NCBI GenBank assembly: GCA_965199955.1
Contig: CBDATQ010000001.1
Span: 1,856,001 to 1,920,000, forward strand
DNA: 64,000 bases
Reading direction: 5' to 3'
Source: Spirochaetia bacterium
GTDB taxonomy: Bacteria > Spirochaetota > Spirochaetia > SZUA-6 > Bin103
The translations under genes and the position numbers were made by a program. This document shows, one piece after another, positions 1 through 12,691 of this stretch (positions are counted from its first letter, which is position 1; every line of letters starts with the position of its first letter). A model generated the notes under the pieces. The model did not search any database. It was given only the letters and a program-made list of their open reading frames with translations, and was not told the DNA's origin.

Positions 1-2495
1 TACCAGCGTGACGGACCAGGGTACACACCTGTCCCGATCGATGCTCTGACGATCCAGACCACAATCGCGACGAACGTCGCGTAGCGTGTGTATACCCCCA
101 TGCCGGCGCCGATCGCCGCCTGGGCGAGGTCGACGGGGGCAACGTTGCCGGACTGGAGGAGGCGAAGGGCCGGGGAGAGTTCGGTGCGGAGGGCGGTGAG
201 GAAGTCGCGTCGCGTCGCTGACGGTGCGTCGGTAGGCCGGCGCCGACAGACGAGGATAATGCTGGACGCGAGCGTATTCGCTTCTCTGGCAACGATCCTG
301 CCAGCGCTTTCGGTCCGCATGGGCCATGTGCCAGAGATCCCGAAACCGGACCGAATCACGGCATCCAGAAAGGTCTCCCAACCCGTGCTCGCGGTCCCGC
401 TGTCGCCCCTCGTTTCCGACTGCTTGAAGGCGTAGTAGATCGTGACCGGGAATCCCGGATGCGCCTGTTCGGCGAGCCCCTTGAGCGCCCTGGTCATGCC
501 GTCAAGGAAGAAGACCCCTGCCGCCTTCTTGCTTCCGTGGCGGTAGGGAGTGGCCACGAGTTCCTGCGCTTTCGGCACGGCGACGGTCGCAAACAGTCCC
601 GGGAATACGGGCTTGAGGGACCGGCGCAGCCAGACGTAGAAAAAGTCCGAGAGGTCAGCGTAGCCGATGTTGTCGTAGTACGGTGGATCCGCAGATATGA
701 GGGTGCCGTTGGGCATCGGTCGACGATCCGCCGCGTCCCGTTGACTGCTGAAGCCGCCGAATCGCGCGGGAAACGTATCTATCGTCATGGCTCCCTTCGC
801 CAAGGCCGCCTCTAGGCTGCCTCCGGCCCCAGCGAACGGATTGGCTTCGGCGAAATCCCACATCATTGGTATCGCCTGTCTGGCGAAGGTCTCTCGGAAC
901 GCACCGCGGTCACTCATCCAGGACGTAATCGATGAGCCGAGATTCGCGACCTTGGAGAGTGCGAACGCCAAATACAGGGACACCGCCTCGGCGTACGCGG
1001 TCGCACCCGTGCCGCCCTCGCGGAGCGGCCGGTCGTCGTCCGGCAGCCCCGCAGCCGCGGCGTCGCGCCGGACGCGCTCCGTCGCCGCGCCGGCCAGATC
1101 TGCGAACGTCGTCAGGGCCACGAGCTGGCGCGACGTGAAGAGGTCACACCAGCGGAGCATTCCGTATTCCTGAACGCGAAAGCCCAGCGCCCGCTGCGGC
1201 AGCTCCGTCTCGGGCATCCACTCTGGCTTGGCATCAGTTGCCGCGAGTTCGTGGTCAGCCGTGGGCGTGAGGTAGACTCGTTCCCGGTCGCCTTCGGCCA
1301 CGACCGAGAGTAGCCGCGTACCCAGGCGACCAGCCTTGCCTTCCGCTCGCAAGTAGTCGAACGGCATCGGCGAGCCGGACATCAGGCAGAGGAACGGACT
1401 GCCGCTCCCGCCAGATTTCGTCCCCCGCTTCGTGATCGACGCATTGGCCGGTGCGCCGACCCTGACCCGGAACTGGTACGCCCGACCCTCGATCACCGGC
1501 TCGACGTAGACCTCCCTGCCCTTCTTCGTCGACAGCATGAACGTGGATGCGAGCGGCACCTCTACGTCGGCGAAGGCCGGGTTCGGGCTTCTGACCGTCC
1601 GCGTCCACAGCCAAGCAATGACCGTCAGCTTCCTGCCCTGATACCGTTGCAGGTCGGGACGGTCCCGCACGATCTCGGCGGTGATCTCGATGGACGGGTA
1701 CAGATGACCGATCCGCTGCTCCGCATCGTCTCGCATCCGGCGGCCGTAGTGGCGCACGTCTTCGGCCAGCCCTTGGGCGCCCTGCCACGTCTTCTCGATG
1801 ATCGTGGCCTCGCTCCGCGCTTCCGGGTTCACCGGCGACCGGCCGACGAACTTCGGCGGGATCTCGATCATCGCCTTGTTGATGAGGACCGCAACCGGGT
1901 TGAGGTCGCTGGCGTGGGCCTCCAAGCCCAGCCGCTGCGCTTCGAGCGGCAGCGCCCCGCCGCCCGCGAACGGGTCGTGGAACGCCGGCAGCTTCTTGCG
2001 GTCGAACAATGTGTCAGCGCGCGGATGATCGACATTCTCGTCGCAGGCCCGCCGCCAGCTCTGCCAGATCTCGGTCCGCGCCTGTTCGAGCACCGTCTCG
2101 TTGGTCGTGTTCTCCCACCGCACCAGTTCTTTGACGATCCCGAACAGCCGCTCCCGTTCCCGCTCCGCCGCGATCTCCCGCAGTTCCGCCCGCTCGTTGT
2201 TTCTGCCTGCTCCGGACCCTTCATCGTCGCCCATCCCGCGCTGCCGGAGCGCTCGTTGCGCTGCGCGCTTCGTCGCCGGGTCGGACAGCAGCGTGTCGAC
2301 GTACTCAGACGGATCGTCGACCATCTGCGCGAAGATCACGGCGCGGGCCACGGCGAGCGGTTTGCGTGACCACCACAAGTGCAACGTAGACGGGTGCCCG
2401 TGCCGGACGGACTTCTCACGAGCCCCCGCCGCGTTGATCTCGTCAAGCGGCAGCGCAACCTCGATCAGCTTCCTGCGCACGTGGGACGTGGTCAC
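1..2495 (-). CDS. DUF1156-domain adenine-specific DNA methyltransferase (3' end runs off the window)
   Basis: Absent from the ORF track because it has no stop in the window. Manual minus-strand translation gives [41 protein letters not shown] (DUF1156 N-terminus), [18 protein letters not shown] (SAM-binding) and, in the same frame at ~689, [21 protein letters not shown] (DPPY motif). GTG start at 2495 has GGAG upstream; an alternative in-frame ATG is at 2543. Confidence 0.92.
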   Translation of the reverse strand, partial: MTTSHVRRKLIEVALPLDEINAAGAREKSVRHGHPSTLHLWWSRKPLAVARAVIFAQMVDDPSEYVDTLLSDPATKRAAQRALRQRGMGDDEGSGAGRNNERAELREIAAERERERLFGIVKELVRWENTTNETVLEQARTEIWQSWRRACDENVDHPRADTLFDRKKLPAFHDPFAGGGALPLEAQRLGLEAHASDLNPVAVLINKAMIEIPPKFVGRSPVNPEARSEATIIEKTWQGAQGLAEDVRHYGRRMRDDAEQRIGHLYPSIEITAEIVRDRPDLQRYQGRKLTVIAWLWTRTVRSPNPAFADVEVPLASTFMLSTKKGREVYVEPVIEGRAYQFRVRVGAPANASITKRGTKSGGSGSPFLCLMSGSPMPFDYLRAEGKAGRLGTRLLSVVAEGDRERVYLTPTADHELAATDAKPEWMPETELPQRALGFRVQEYGMLRWCDLFTSRQLVALTTFADLAGAATERVRRDAAAAGLPDDDRPLREGGTGATAYAEAVSLYLAFALSKVANLGSSITSWMSDRGAFRETFARQAIPMMWDFAEANPFAGAGGSLEAALAKGAMTIDTFPARFGGFSSQRDAADRRPMPNGTLISADPPYYDNIGYADLSDFFYVWLRRSLKPVFPGLFATVAVPKAQELVATPYRHGSKKAAGVFFLDGMTRALKGLAEQAHPGFPVTIYYAFKQSETRGDSGTASTGWETFLDAVIRSGFGISGTWPMRTESAGRIVAREANTLASSIILVCRRRPTDAPSATRRDFLTALRTELSPALRLLQSGNVAPVDLAQAAIGAGMGVYTRYATFVAIVVWIVRASIGTGVYPGPSRW

Positions 2496-2539
2496 CGGCA
2501 ACTCCGTCAGGCTTGGTCGAGTGGGTCTACGACGGCACG

Positions 2540-2776
2540 TCATTCCTTTTCCATGGCCCGGTAGAGCGCCTCCCGGTCGGAGATGTCGACCAGTTCCTCT
2601 CCGCCGTTCCATGATGGAAGCGGGCGTAGCGTCTCCGGCGCATCCTCGACCTCGGGAGCCGCGAGCACGCGCCGGAGCCCTGCCTCGACGAGCGTGGACA
2701 TCGTGGTACCGCGTCGTACCGCCTCTTCCCGCAGACGCTGCATGACCGAATCGTCGATGTTGAGGGTCGTCTTCAA
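2540..2776 (-). CDS. VapB-like ribbon-helix-helix antitoxin (orphan)
   Basis: (M)[37 protein letters not shown]...[15 protein letters not shown] is a typical CopG/RHH VapB. TTG start at 2776 with a TGGTATGGT -10-like box just upstream. Confidence 0.75.
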   Translation of the reverse strand: MKTTLNIDDSVMQRLREEAVRRGTTMSTLVEAGLRRVLAAPEVEDAPETLRPLPSWNGGEELVDISDREALYRAMEKE

Positions 2777-2777
2777 T

Positions 2778-5954
<3,177 letters not shown>

Positions 5955-6030
5955 GAACTCACACCGCGGCCGGAGCCGCTCGGTGGTCAACGGCGAGGCG
6001 TTTGCTCCGAGCTTGGACCTCGTCCTCCCT

Positions 6031-6040
6031 CCTTCGAGAC
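6031..6040 (+). repeat. 10-bp direct repeat CCTTCGAGAC, copy 2
   Basis: Identical to 2821-2830. Confidence 0.6.
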
Positions 6041-6076
6041 CAACATAGCCACGGCATGCCACAATGACCTGAAGCC

Positions 6077-7471
6077 ATGCAGAAGATCCTGTTCCTTGAC
6101 GACTGGTGCCTGGAGACGACGCACAACGTGGTGCGGCGGCTGGGCCGGCCGAAGCCGGTGCCGGAGGGCACCTGGTCAGACCCGTACGACCTGGGCAACG
6201 CCTACCCCTCGGTGTTCCACGACCGGAACCGCGGCAAGTGGCGGGTGATCTACGGCGGCGCGCCGGATCCGGACGACTTCATCTGCAACGCCCTGTTCGG
6301 GGCGATCGGCGACGACGGCGTCCACTGGGAGATCGACCCGGTGGCGGACGATCACACCTCGTGGTCGGGCTCCTTCCCGCACTGCCTGATGGAGGCGAGG
6401 AGGAACGCGGAGAGCGGGCAGGTGTACCAGGACCCGCGCGACTCCCGCCATCCGTACAAGATCCTCTGCCTCGACTGGGACTGGCGCAGCGGGGCGGCGA
6501 CCATGCGAAACCCGGTAGTGGTCTCCGCCGACGGCTACCACTGGCAGGAGCTGCCGGGGGCGCGCTGGGGCGACTGGTCCAGCGACACCTGCCACACCGT
6601 GTTCTTCAACAAGCTCACCGGCCGGCACCAGGTGATGTGCCGCGCCAGGGACATCAAGCCGCCGTTCAGCCAGCGCCTGGTGGCGAGCATCGAGACCGAG
6701 GACTGGGTGCACTACACCGAGCCGGAGGTCATCGTCCGCCCGGACTCGTGCGACCCGCCGCTGTCACAGCCGTACGGCATGCCGATGTTCCCGTACGGCG
6801 ACTACTTCATCGGCTTCCTGTGGCTCCTGGTCGGCGACCCGAACGAGACCACCACCAAGGGCGCGGGCCCGGTGTCCAATCACCTCGTCTACAGCATCAA
6901 CGGCCGCAACATCAACCGCACCTTCCGCGAGCAGTTCGTGGAGCCGGCCGAGCCGGGCGACTTCGGCGGCTTCGGGTTCTATCCCTGCAGCCTGGTGCAG
7001 CTTCCGGACGAGCTGCGCATCTACTCCAGCGGCGGCCGTACCGACCACGGCGGCAAGGGCCCGATTCCCGCCGGGCAGCACGGCCACGCGATGTGCCTGC
7101 ACACCCTGCGGCCGGACGGCTTCATGTACCTGGAGAGCCGCTCCGGCGCCGCGAGCGTGCTGACCAAGGGGTTCGAGCTCACGGAAGCCGGCCTGGCGCT
7201 GAACGTCGACGCGCCGATCGGGGAGGTGCGGGCGCAGGTGCACGTGCAGACGGACAGGGATCCGGGCGAACCGCCGGCGGTGCAGGAGGTAGCCGAGGGG
7301 TTCTCGGCCGCGGAGTGCCGGCCGTTCACGGGAGACAGCCTGCGCTGGGAGCCGACCTGGAGCAGCGGCAGGACCCTGGACGAGCTGATCGGCCGAACCG
7401 TGCGGGTGGAGGTCCTGTTCGAACGCGGCCGGCTCTACTCGATCGAGGTCGGCGGCACGCTGCTGCAGTAG
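6077..7471 (+). CDS. Hypothetical five-bladed beta-propeller glycoside hydrolase-like protein (GH32/43/130-like fold)
   Basis: LFLDD N-terminus, propeller-type repeats (SADGYHW, TEDWVHY, YSINGRN) and a C-terminal beta-sandwich. Paralogous to 53868-55478. Confidence 0.6.
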   Translation: MQKILFLDDWCLETTHNVVRRLGRPKPVPEGTWSDPYDLGNAYPSVFHDRNRGKWRVIYGGAPDPDDFICNALFGAIGDDGVHWEIDPVADDHTSWSGSFPHCLMEARRNAESGQVYQDPRDSRHPYKILCLDWDWRSGAATMRNPVVVSADGYHWQELPGARWGDWSSDTCHTVFFNKLTGRHQVMCRARDIKPPFSQRLVASIETEDWVHYTEPEVIVRPDSCDPPLSQPYGMPMFPYGDYFIGFLWLLVGDPNETTTKGAGPVSNHLVYSINGRNINRTFREQFVEPAEPGDFGGFGFYPCSLVQLPDELRIYSSGGRTDHGGKGPIPAGQHGHAMCLHTLRPDGFMYLESRSGAASVLTKGFELTEAGLALNVDAPIGEVRAQVHVQTDRDPGEPPAVQEVAEGFSAAECRPFTGDSLRWEPTWSSGRTLDELIGRTVRVEVLFERGRLYSIEVGGTLLQ

Positions 7472-7495
7472 CGGGCTGCGCCGCGGGTCGGGCCC

Positions 7496-9049
7496 GTGAG
7501 TGACGGTATCGGCATCGAGTCCCGCCTGAACCTGCCGGAGCGCTTCCGCTACGAGCGGGTCGTCAGGAAGGCCAGGGACTACGGGGCCGGAGACCGCCGG
7601 GTCATCGCCGATCTCCGCGGCCCCGGCTGCGTCCGCCACTTCTACTGCGTGGGAAGCCGGGGCGGCCACGACGGCGACCTGTCCAACCGCAACCGCGCGT
7701 TCATCATCCGCTTCTACTGGGACGGCGAGGAGGAACCCAGCGTCGAGGTACCGCTGGCGGACCTGTTCGGCGTGCACCACAACGTTTCCTACTACCCGAT
7801 CAACAGCTTCTACGTGACGGCCAAGGCCGACGCCGGGTTCGGCTGCTACTTTCCCATGCCGTTCGCGCACTCGGCGCGCGTCGAGGTGGAGGCGCTGGAG
7901 GACGGCACCTTCATCTACACCCTGGACTGGCACCGCTACCTGGACGGCGGGCTCGAAGAGCCGCTGCGCTTCCACGCGTCGTGGCGGCGCGAGAATCCGG
8001 CGCCCGCGTGGGGTCCGGACTTCCTGGTGATGGATGCGCTCGGAAGCGGCTACCTGGCGGGTTTCTCGCTCGGGGTCAGGCTGCGGAGCGACGAGCAGCG
8101 CTGGTCGCATGCCGGCTCGGAGAACCTGTACCTCGACGGCGAGGCTACCGGCGAGGGGGGCGTCGTGCCCCATTACCTGCGGGCCGGCGGCGGCGAGAAC
8201 ACCTTCGACGCCGGCTTCGGCGGCGTGACGCACGCGCCGGACACCGGGCTGTACAGCGGCATCCCGTACCTGGAGTACCGCGACGCCGGTCCTGCGCTGG
8301 CCCGCCACGTGCTCAGCGCCTACCGCTTCTACGTGCACGACCTCCTGCCGTTCCACCGCTCGCTGCACTTCCGCTGGGGCAGCCACTGCAACGACATGTG
8401 CGCCACCGCCTACTGGTACCAGACCGAGCCACGCCGGCCGTTCGTGCGCATGGCCTCGGCCGGGCATCTGCGCTACGGCGACTGGGAGCACGAGGTCGAG
8501 GTCCCCCGGGGCACCTGCGACCTGCTGCTGCCGTGCGGGGCATCCGGGGAGGACGCCGTGCCGGCGAGCGAGGACGACGGCACCTGGTCGCTCCACCGCG
8601 GCGACCAGGCGCTGCACCGCCCGCCGGAGTCGATCGGTCCCGGCATTACCGCACGCGCGTGCCACGGCTTCATCGACTTCTCGCACGTGTTCAACGTGCG
8701 CAGCACAGGCTCCAATGAGACGTGGCCCTGCGATGCCGCCGCCGTGGGGCTCCTCACGGTGGAGCGCGCGACCGAGGCGACCGTGCACCTGAGCTGGGAC
8801 GGAGACCTGCGCGTGCGCCTCAACGACGAGCCGCCGCGGCACCTCGGCCTGCGGGAGACCTACGGCTATCGGGCGGTTCCGGTCACGCTGAAGCGCGGTG
8901 TGAACACGCTGGTCATCCACTTGGACAACGCCGACAGCCGCCTCAGTTGGGGCGCGTTCGCCTTCTCCTGCCGCGTCGTGAGCGACGACGGCTCGGTCAT
9001 CGTCCCGGCGGCCCTCCTCGAAGCGTCGCAGGTAGAATACGGCGGGTAA
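7496..9049 (+). CDS. DUF2961 / GH172-family protein with C-terminal beta-sandwich extension
   Basis: IADLRGPGCVRHF, IRFYWDGEEEPSVEVPLADLFG, CYFPMPFAHSARVE, RFHASWRRENP, YRFYVHD, ATAYWYQ. Confidence 0.85.
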   Translation: MSDGIGIESRLNLPERFRYERVVRKARDYGAGDRRVIADLRGPGCVRHFYCVGSRGGHDGDLSNRNRAFIIRFYWDGEEEPSVEVPLADLFGVHHNVSYYPINSFYVTAKADAGFGCYFPMPFAHSARVEVEALEDGTFIYTLDWHRYLDGGLEEPLRFHASWRRENPAPAWGPDFLVMDALGSGYLAGFSLGVRLRSDEQRWSHAGSENLYLDGEATGEGGVVPHYLRAGGGENTFDAGFGGVTHAPDTGLYSGIPYLEYRDAGPALARHVLSAYRFYVHDLLPFHRSLHFRWGSHCNDMCATAYWYQTEPRRPFVRMASAGHLRYGDWEHEVEVPRGTCDLLLPCGASGEDAVPASEDDGTWSLHRGDQALHRPPESIGPGITARACHGFIDFSHVFNVRSTGSNETWPCDAAAVGLLTVERATEATVHLSWDGDLRVRLNDEPPRHLGLRETYGYRAVPVTLKRGVNTLVIHLDNADSRLSWGAFAFSCRVVSDDGSVIVPAALLEASQVEYGG

Positions 9050-9061
9050 GGAAGCGGACAC

Positions 9062-10390
9062 ATGCTGAAGCGGGTTCACATCAAGGGCTTCAAGTCTCTC
9101 GTCGACGTGGAACTGCGCCTTGAGCCGCTCACCGTCCTCATCGGCGCGAATGCCTCCGGCAAAAGCAACTTCCTCGATGCCCTTCAGTTGCTGGCCGGAT
9201 TGGCGACCAGCCGAACCGTGAAACAGGCATTCGATCCTCCATACCGGGGCAAGCCCCTTGAGTCATTCAACATCGGAAAGGACGGCATCAAGGGGTTACT
9301 CGACCAGGATCGATTGACGTTCTCGATCGAAGCGGACCTGCAAGTCTCCGATGCTGTCGTCGGCGCCGTCGACCGGCAGATCCGGGAGATGCGGCGCCGG
9401 CCTCGGGAATCCCTTTCCGAGGACACGAGCAAGCGGGTCACGGGAGTCCGCGAGAGAAACCTGCGCTACCGCATCGAGGTGGAGATGCAGCCCAGGACCG
9501 GCATTCTGGCGGTCGCCGACGAGTACCTTGCTGCCTTGAACAGCGATGGGGAACCGACCGGCAGGCGCAAGCCGTTCATCGAGCGGCAAGGAAACGAACG
9601 CCTTCACCTGCGTCATGAAGGTCAGGCTCACCCGACGTACCACGAACTCTACCTGGACCACACGATTCTCTCGCTGTCGCACTATCCGCCGCATTATCCT
9701 CACCTGATTGCGGCGAAGTATGAGCTTGAGCGCTGGCTGTTCTTCTACTTCGAGCCGCGCGAACGCATGCGAGCAGCGAATCCGGTCAAGGACGTGCGGC
9801 ACATCGGCTTGATGGGGGAGGAGTTGGGCGCGTTCCTCAACACGCTCAAGGCAGTCGACCCAGGGCAGTTCAAGACCGTGCAGAAGGCCTTGCACAGCCT
9901 GCTGCCGAACATCGACGGGATCGAGGTCGACGTGACCGATCTCGGCGAGGTGGAGCTGCGTATCGTCGAAGGTGGCATCGCGATGCCCGCCGGCGTGCTC
10001 TCGGAGGGCACCCTGCGGATGCTCGGACTTCTCGCGCTGGCAAGCACGGAACCGCCTTGCTTGGTTGGCTTCGAAGAGCCCGAGAACGGAGTCCACCCGC
10101 GCCGGATCGAGCTGATCGCCGAGTGGCTCCGAACGCGGCGGAGCCTGGGACAGACCCAGTACATCGTCACGACGCACTCGCCGCTGCTGCCGGACTTGCT
10201 GGAGGATGACTCCCTTTTCGTGGTCCGCCGTCAGAATGGACACACGGGCATCGACCCGCTGTCCCACTGGGGGCCACTGGCGGAGTGGGGACCGCTGGGG
10301 CGAGAGGGCGCGATACGTCAGGCGCTCGCCGACGAACACGAGGCGACCTCCGTCTCTGAGCGAATCCTCAGAGGCGACTTCGATGCATGA
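9062..10390 (+). CDS. AAA_21/AbiEii-like ABC-type ATPase
   Basis: IKGFKSL, Walker A GANASGKSN, signature LSEGTLR, Walker B FEEPENGVHP, H-loop VTTHSP. Confidence 0.9.
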   Translation: MLKRVHIKGFKSLVDVELRLEPLTVLIGANASGKSNFLDALQLLAGLATSRTVKQAFDPPYRGKPLESFNIGKDGIKGLLDQDRLTFSIEADLQVSDAVVGAVDRQIREMRRRPRESLSEDTSKRVTGVRERNLRYRIEVEMQPRTGILAVADEYLAALNSDGEPTGRRKPFIERQGNERLHLRHEGQAHPTYHELYLDHTILSLSHYPPHYPHLIAAKYELERWLFFYFEPRERMRAANPVKDVRHIGLMGEELGAFLNTLKAVDPGQFKTVQKALHSLLPNIDGIEVDVTDLGEVELRIVEGGIAMPAGVLSEGTLRMLGLLALASTEPPCLVGFEEPENGVHPRRIELIAEWLRTRRSLGQTQYIVTTHSPLLPDLLEDDSLFVVRRQNGHTGIDPLSHWGPLAEWGPLGREGAIRQALADEHEATSVSERILRGDFDA

Positions 10391-10964
10391 GATCGCTCTG
10401 TTCGTCGAGGATCATGCCCACGAGGTGGTCGTTGGCACGTTGGTTGAACGAGCCGCTCAGGAGATCGGCGTGGCCGTACACCTGCACTGTCGCAGCGCCA
10501 CCGGAGGCCACGGGATGGTGGTACATCAGCTTGAACGGTATCTGCGCGACCTGCGGACGCAGGGCAGCCCCTGGCCGCATCTGATCGTCGTCGCCACGGA
10601 CGCCAACTGCCAGGGCGTCCGCGAGCGCATCCGCGGGGTAGCCCCGGAGAACCCGCCCGCGCCGGTGGTCCTGGCGGTTCCGGACCCGCATGTCGAACGC
10701 TGGCTGCTGCTTGACGGTGCGGCCTTCAAGGCTGTGTTCGGTCAGGGATGCGAGGCTCCCGACCACAAGTGCAGCCGGAATCGCTACAAGGACCTGCTGA
10801 TCGCCGCCATCCGCGATGCCGGCCGTACGCCCTCCTTCGGCGGTATCGAGTGGGCCGAAGACATCGTCCGCCACATGGACCTCGACCGAGCCGCCCGGTC
10901 AGACGCATCGCTCCGCAGCTTCATTGACAACTTGCGCACCACGTTCCGAGGTTGGAAACAGTGA
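10383..10964 (+). CDS. DUF4276/RloB-like TOPRIM-fold protein
   Basis: ATG overlaps the ATPase stop (ATGCATGA). IALFVED (TOPRIM Glu), VVATDANC, PDPHVERWLLLD, C-terminal SLRSFIDNL. Confidence 0.75.
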   Translation: MHEIALFVEDHAHEVVVGTLVERAAQEIGVAVHLHCRSATGGHGMVVHQLERYLRDLRTQGSPWPHLIVVATDANCQGVRERIRGVAPENPPAPVVLAVPDPHVERWLLLDGAAFKAVFGQGCEAPDHKCSRNRYKDLLIAAIRDAGRTPSFGGIEWAEDIVRHMDLDRAARSDASLRSFIDNLRTTFRGWKQ

Positions 10965-11157
10965 ACACTGGCAAGTGCCTGATATGGCCGGACAGTCCCG
11001 CCACTATGCGGGGACTGGAACCGGTCCGTATTCAGGGCAAGTGTTCGTGGCGATGTGGTTCGATGAAGAGATGGAACACGCCTATAGTCATGGCATCGCC
11101 CCTGCGATGGAGAGCGCTGGCTACAAGCCCATGAGGGGAGTGACTCGGAAAGCATGA
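10961..11157 (+). pseudogene. Remnant of a nucleoside 2-deoxyribosyltransferase (NDT)/TIR-like domain protein
   Basis: GTG overlaps the upstream stop. N-terminus MNTGKCLIWPDSPA, then in another frame QVFVAMWFDEEMEHAYSHGIAPAMESAGYKPMR, which is the start of the NDT-like domain; it ends abruptly there. Confidence 0.7.
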
Positions 11158-11633
11158 ACGATACGCGCGCGGCATTCCTGCATCTTCTCGCGACGATCGC
11201 CTACCGGGCGCGGTATGCGCTTCGGGGTGCGCCGGAGTCGTTCGGCTCGTTCCGGGCCGGCAGCGAGATATGGACGCCGGCCGAGCTCGTGCGGCACATG
11301 ACGAGCGTGCTCGGATACGTGCGTTCGTGCTTCGAGGGAACGGAGCGGCCACGCATCGACCCGCTGCCGGATCTGGGCGCGGAGATCACGCGGTTCCACG
11401 AGATGATCGAGGACGTGGCGCGGCACGTCAGGGCGGGTACGGAGTCCCGGGGCATGAGCGCGGAGCAGATCCTGCAGGGTCCGTTCGCCGACGCGCTGAC
11501 CCATGTCGGGCAGCTCGCCATGCTGCGCCGCCTGTCCGGCTCTCCCGTAGAGCGCGAGAGCTTCATCCAGGCGCACGTGGACCCGGCCGATCTTGGTCCG
11601 GACCGGCCCGGACGGCAGCCGCCGGAGGAGTGA
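11154..11633 (+). CDS. DinB-superfamily protein
   Basis: Helical pattern TPAELVRHM...ADALTHVGQLAMLRRLSG. Confidence 0.75.
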   Translation: MNDTRAAFLHLLATIAYRARYALRGAPESFGSFRAGSEIWTPAELVRHMTSVLGYVRSCFEGTERPRIDPLPDLGAEITRFHEMIEDVARHVRAGTESRGMSAEQILQGPFADALTHVGQLAMLRRLSGSPVERESFIQAHVDPADLGPDRPGRQPPEE

Positions 11634-12496
11634 CGGTCGTGAAACTGAGAGAGAACTGCCTGGGCTTCGAGCTCCACGACGGCGGGCGCTTCGTGGCGCT
11701 GTACCGGGCGCGGGAGGAGCTGCCGCGAAACGAGTCACCCAAGCCGTGTTTCGCGCCGATCCATACCCGCTCCGGAGTCCTGGTCACCGAGTACCGGCCC
11801 GCCGACCACGCCTGGCACACCGGGCTGTACTTCGGCTGGGTCCATGCCAACGACGCCAACCTGTGGGGCGGCAACTGGTTCCTGCCGGAGACGGGCACGT
11901 ACGAGCACGTCCCGTCCAGCCACGGCGTGCAGCGCCATGACCGGTTCATCGAACACCGTGGCGTCGCAAACGGAGCCGGGATCACCGAGGAGCTCACGTG
12001 GCTGGACGGAAGCGACCAGCCGATCGCCACCGAGCGGCGGGAATACCGATTCCGCGCGCTGGAGAACGGGGCAGGGTACTTCTGGACGATCGAGACCTGG
12101 ATCAAGGCGGCCGGGGAGCGGCTGGTGCTGGGCGCGTCGCGGGCGGCGCGCTACAGCGGCCTGGAGCTGCGCATGGGCCCGCCGTTCGCTCCGGCCCGGC
12201 ACCGCAGCAGCGAGGGGCTCGTCGGCCACGAGAACATCATGGGCCAGCGGGCGCGCTGGGTGGCCGCCGCCGGGGACGGCGGGGGTGCGGTGGTGATGAT
12301 CCACCCGGAGAATCCCCGGCATCCCGTCACCTGGTTCACGCGCGAGAAGCTGCTCGGCGCCGGCCTGCTGATGGAGGGAGACCTGGAGGTACACCGCCGG
12401 GAGCCGCTGCGGCTGCGGTACGGCTTCGCCATCCTCGATCGGGAGCCTTCGGTGGACGAGGTCGAGGCGCTCTACGCCGGGTACGTCGGCGGGTAG
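11630..12496 (+). CDS. DUF6807 ('PmoA'-like, PF14100-type) beta-sandwich protein
   Basis: KPCFAPIHTRSG, PADHAWHTGLYFGW, YSGLELRM, HPENPRHPVTWFTR. GTG overlaps the upstream stop after GGAGGA. Confidence 0.7.
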   Translation: MTVVKLRENCLGFELHDGGRFVALYRAREELPRNESPKPCFAPIHTRSGVLVTEYRPADHAWHTGLYFGWVHANDANLWGGNWFLPETGTYEHVPSSHGVQRHDRFIEHRGVANGAGITEELTWLDGSDQPIATERREYRFRALENGAGYFWTIETWIKAAGERLVLGASRAARYSGLELRMGPPFAPARHRSSEGLVGHENIMGQRARWVAAAGDGGGAVVMIHPENPRHPVTWFTREKLLGAGLLMEGDLEVHRREPLRLRYGFAILDREPSVDEVEALYAGYVGG

Positions 12497-12548
12497 CCGG
12501 CCGGTCGCCTACCGGGCCTCGTCTCCGAGCATCAGGGCCCGGCAGACA

Positions 12549-12691
12549 CAAGGTGTGTCGAGAGGTCTCGTCGAGACTGATCAACACGTCCAGATCGCTC
12601 TCGGGGCCAAAGTCGTCGCGGAGCACCGAGCCAGACACGGCGAGTTCGGAAACGCCCCAGCGCGTGCAGAAATCGGGATTTCAACGGTCAA
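12549..12691 (-). pseudogene. Remnant of a minimal nucleotidyltransferase (MNT, HEPN/MNT TA antitoxin)
   Basis: TTG start overlaps the MFS stop. MTVEIP, then a frameshift to DFCTRWGVSELAVSGSVLRDDFGPESDLDVLI (GSx10DxD), truncated after RHTL. Confidence 0.8.

Noticed and set aside
2583..2777. N-terminal extension of DUF499 in the ORF track
   Set aside because: It overlaps vapB on the opposite strand and shows no family similarity.
11630..12496. Methane monooxygenase interpretation of the 'PmoA' family label
   Set aside because: The protein is soluble with no pmoB/pmoC nearby; the family name is misleading.
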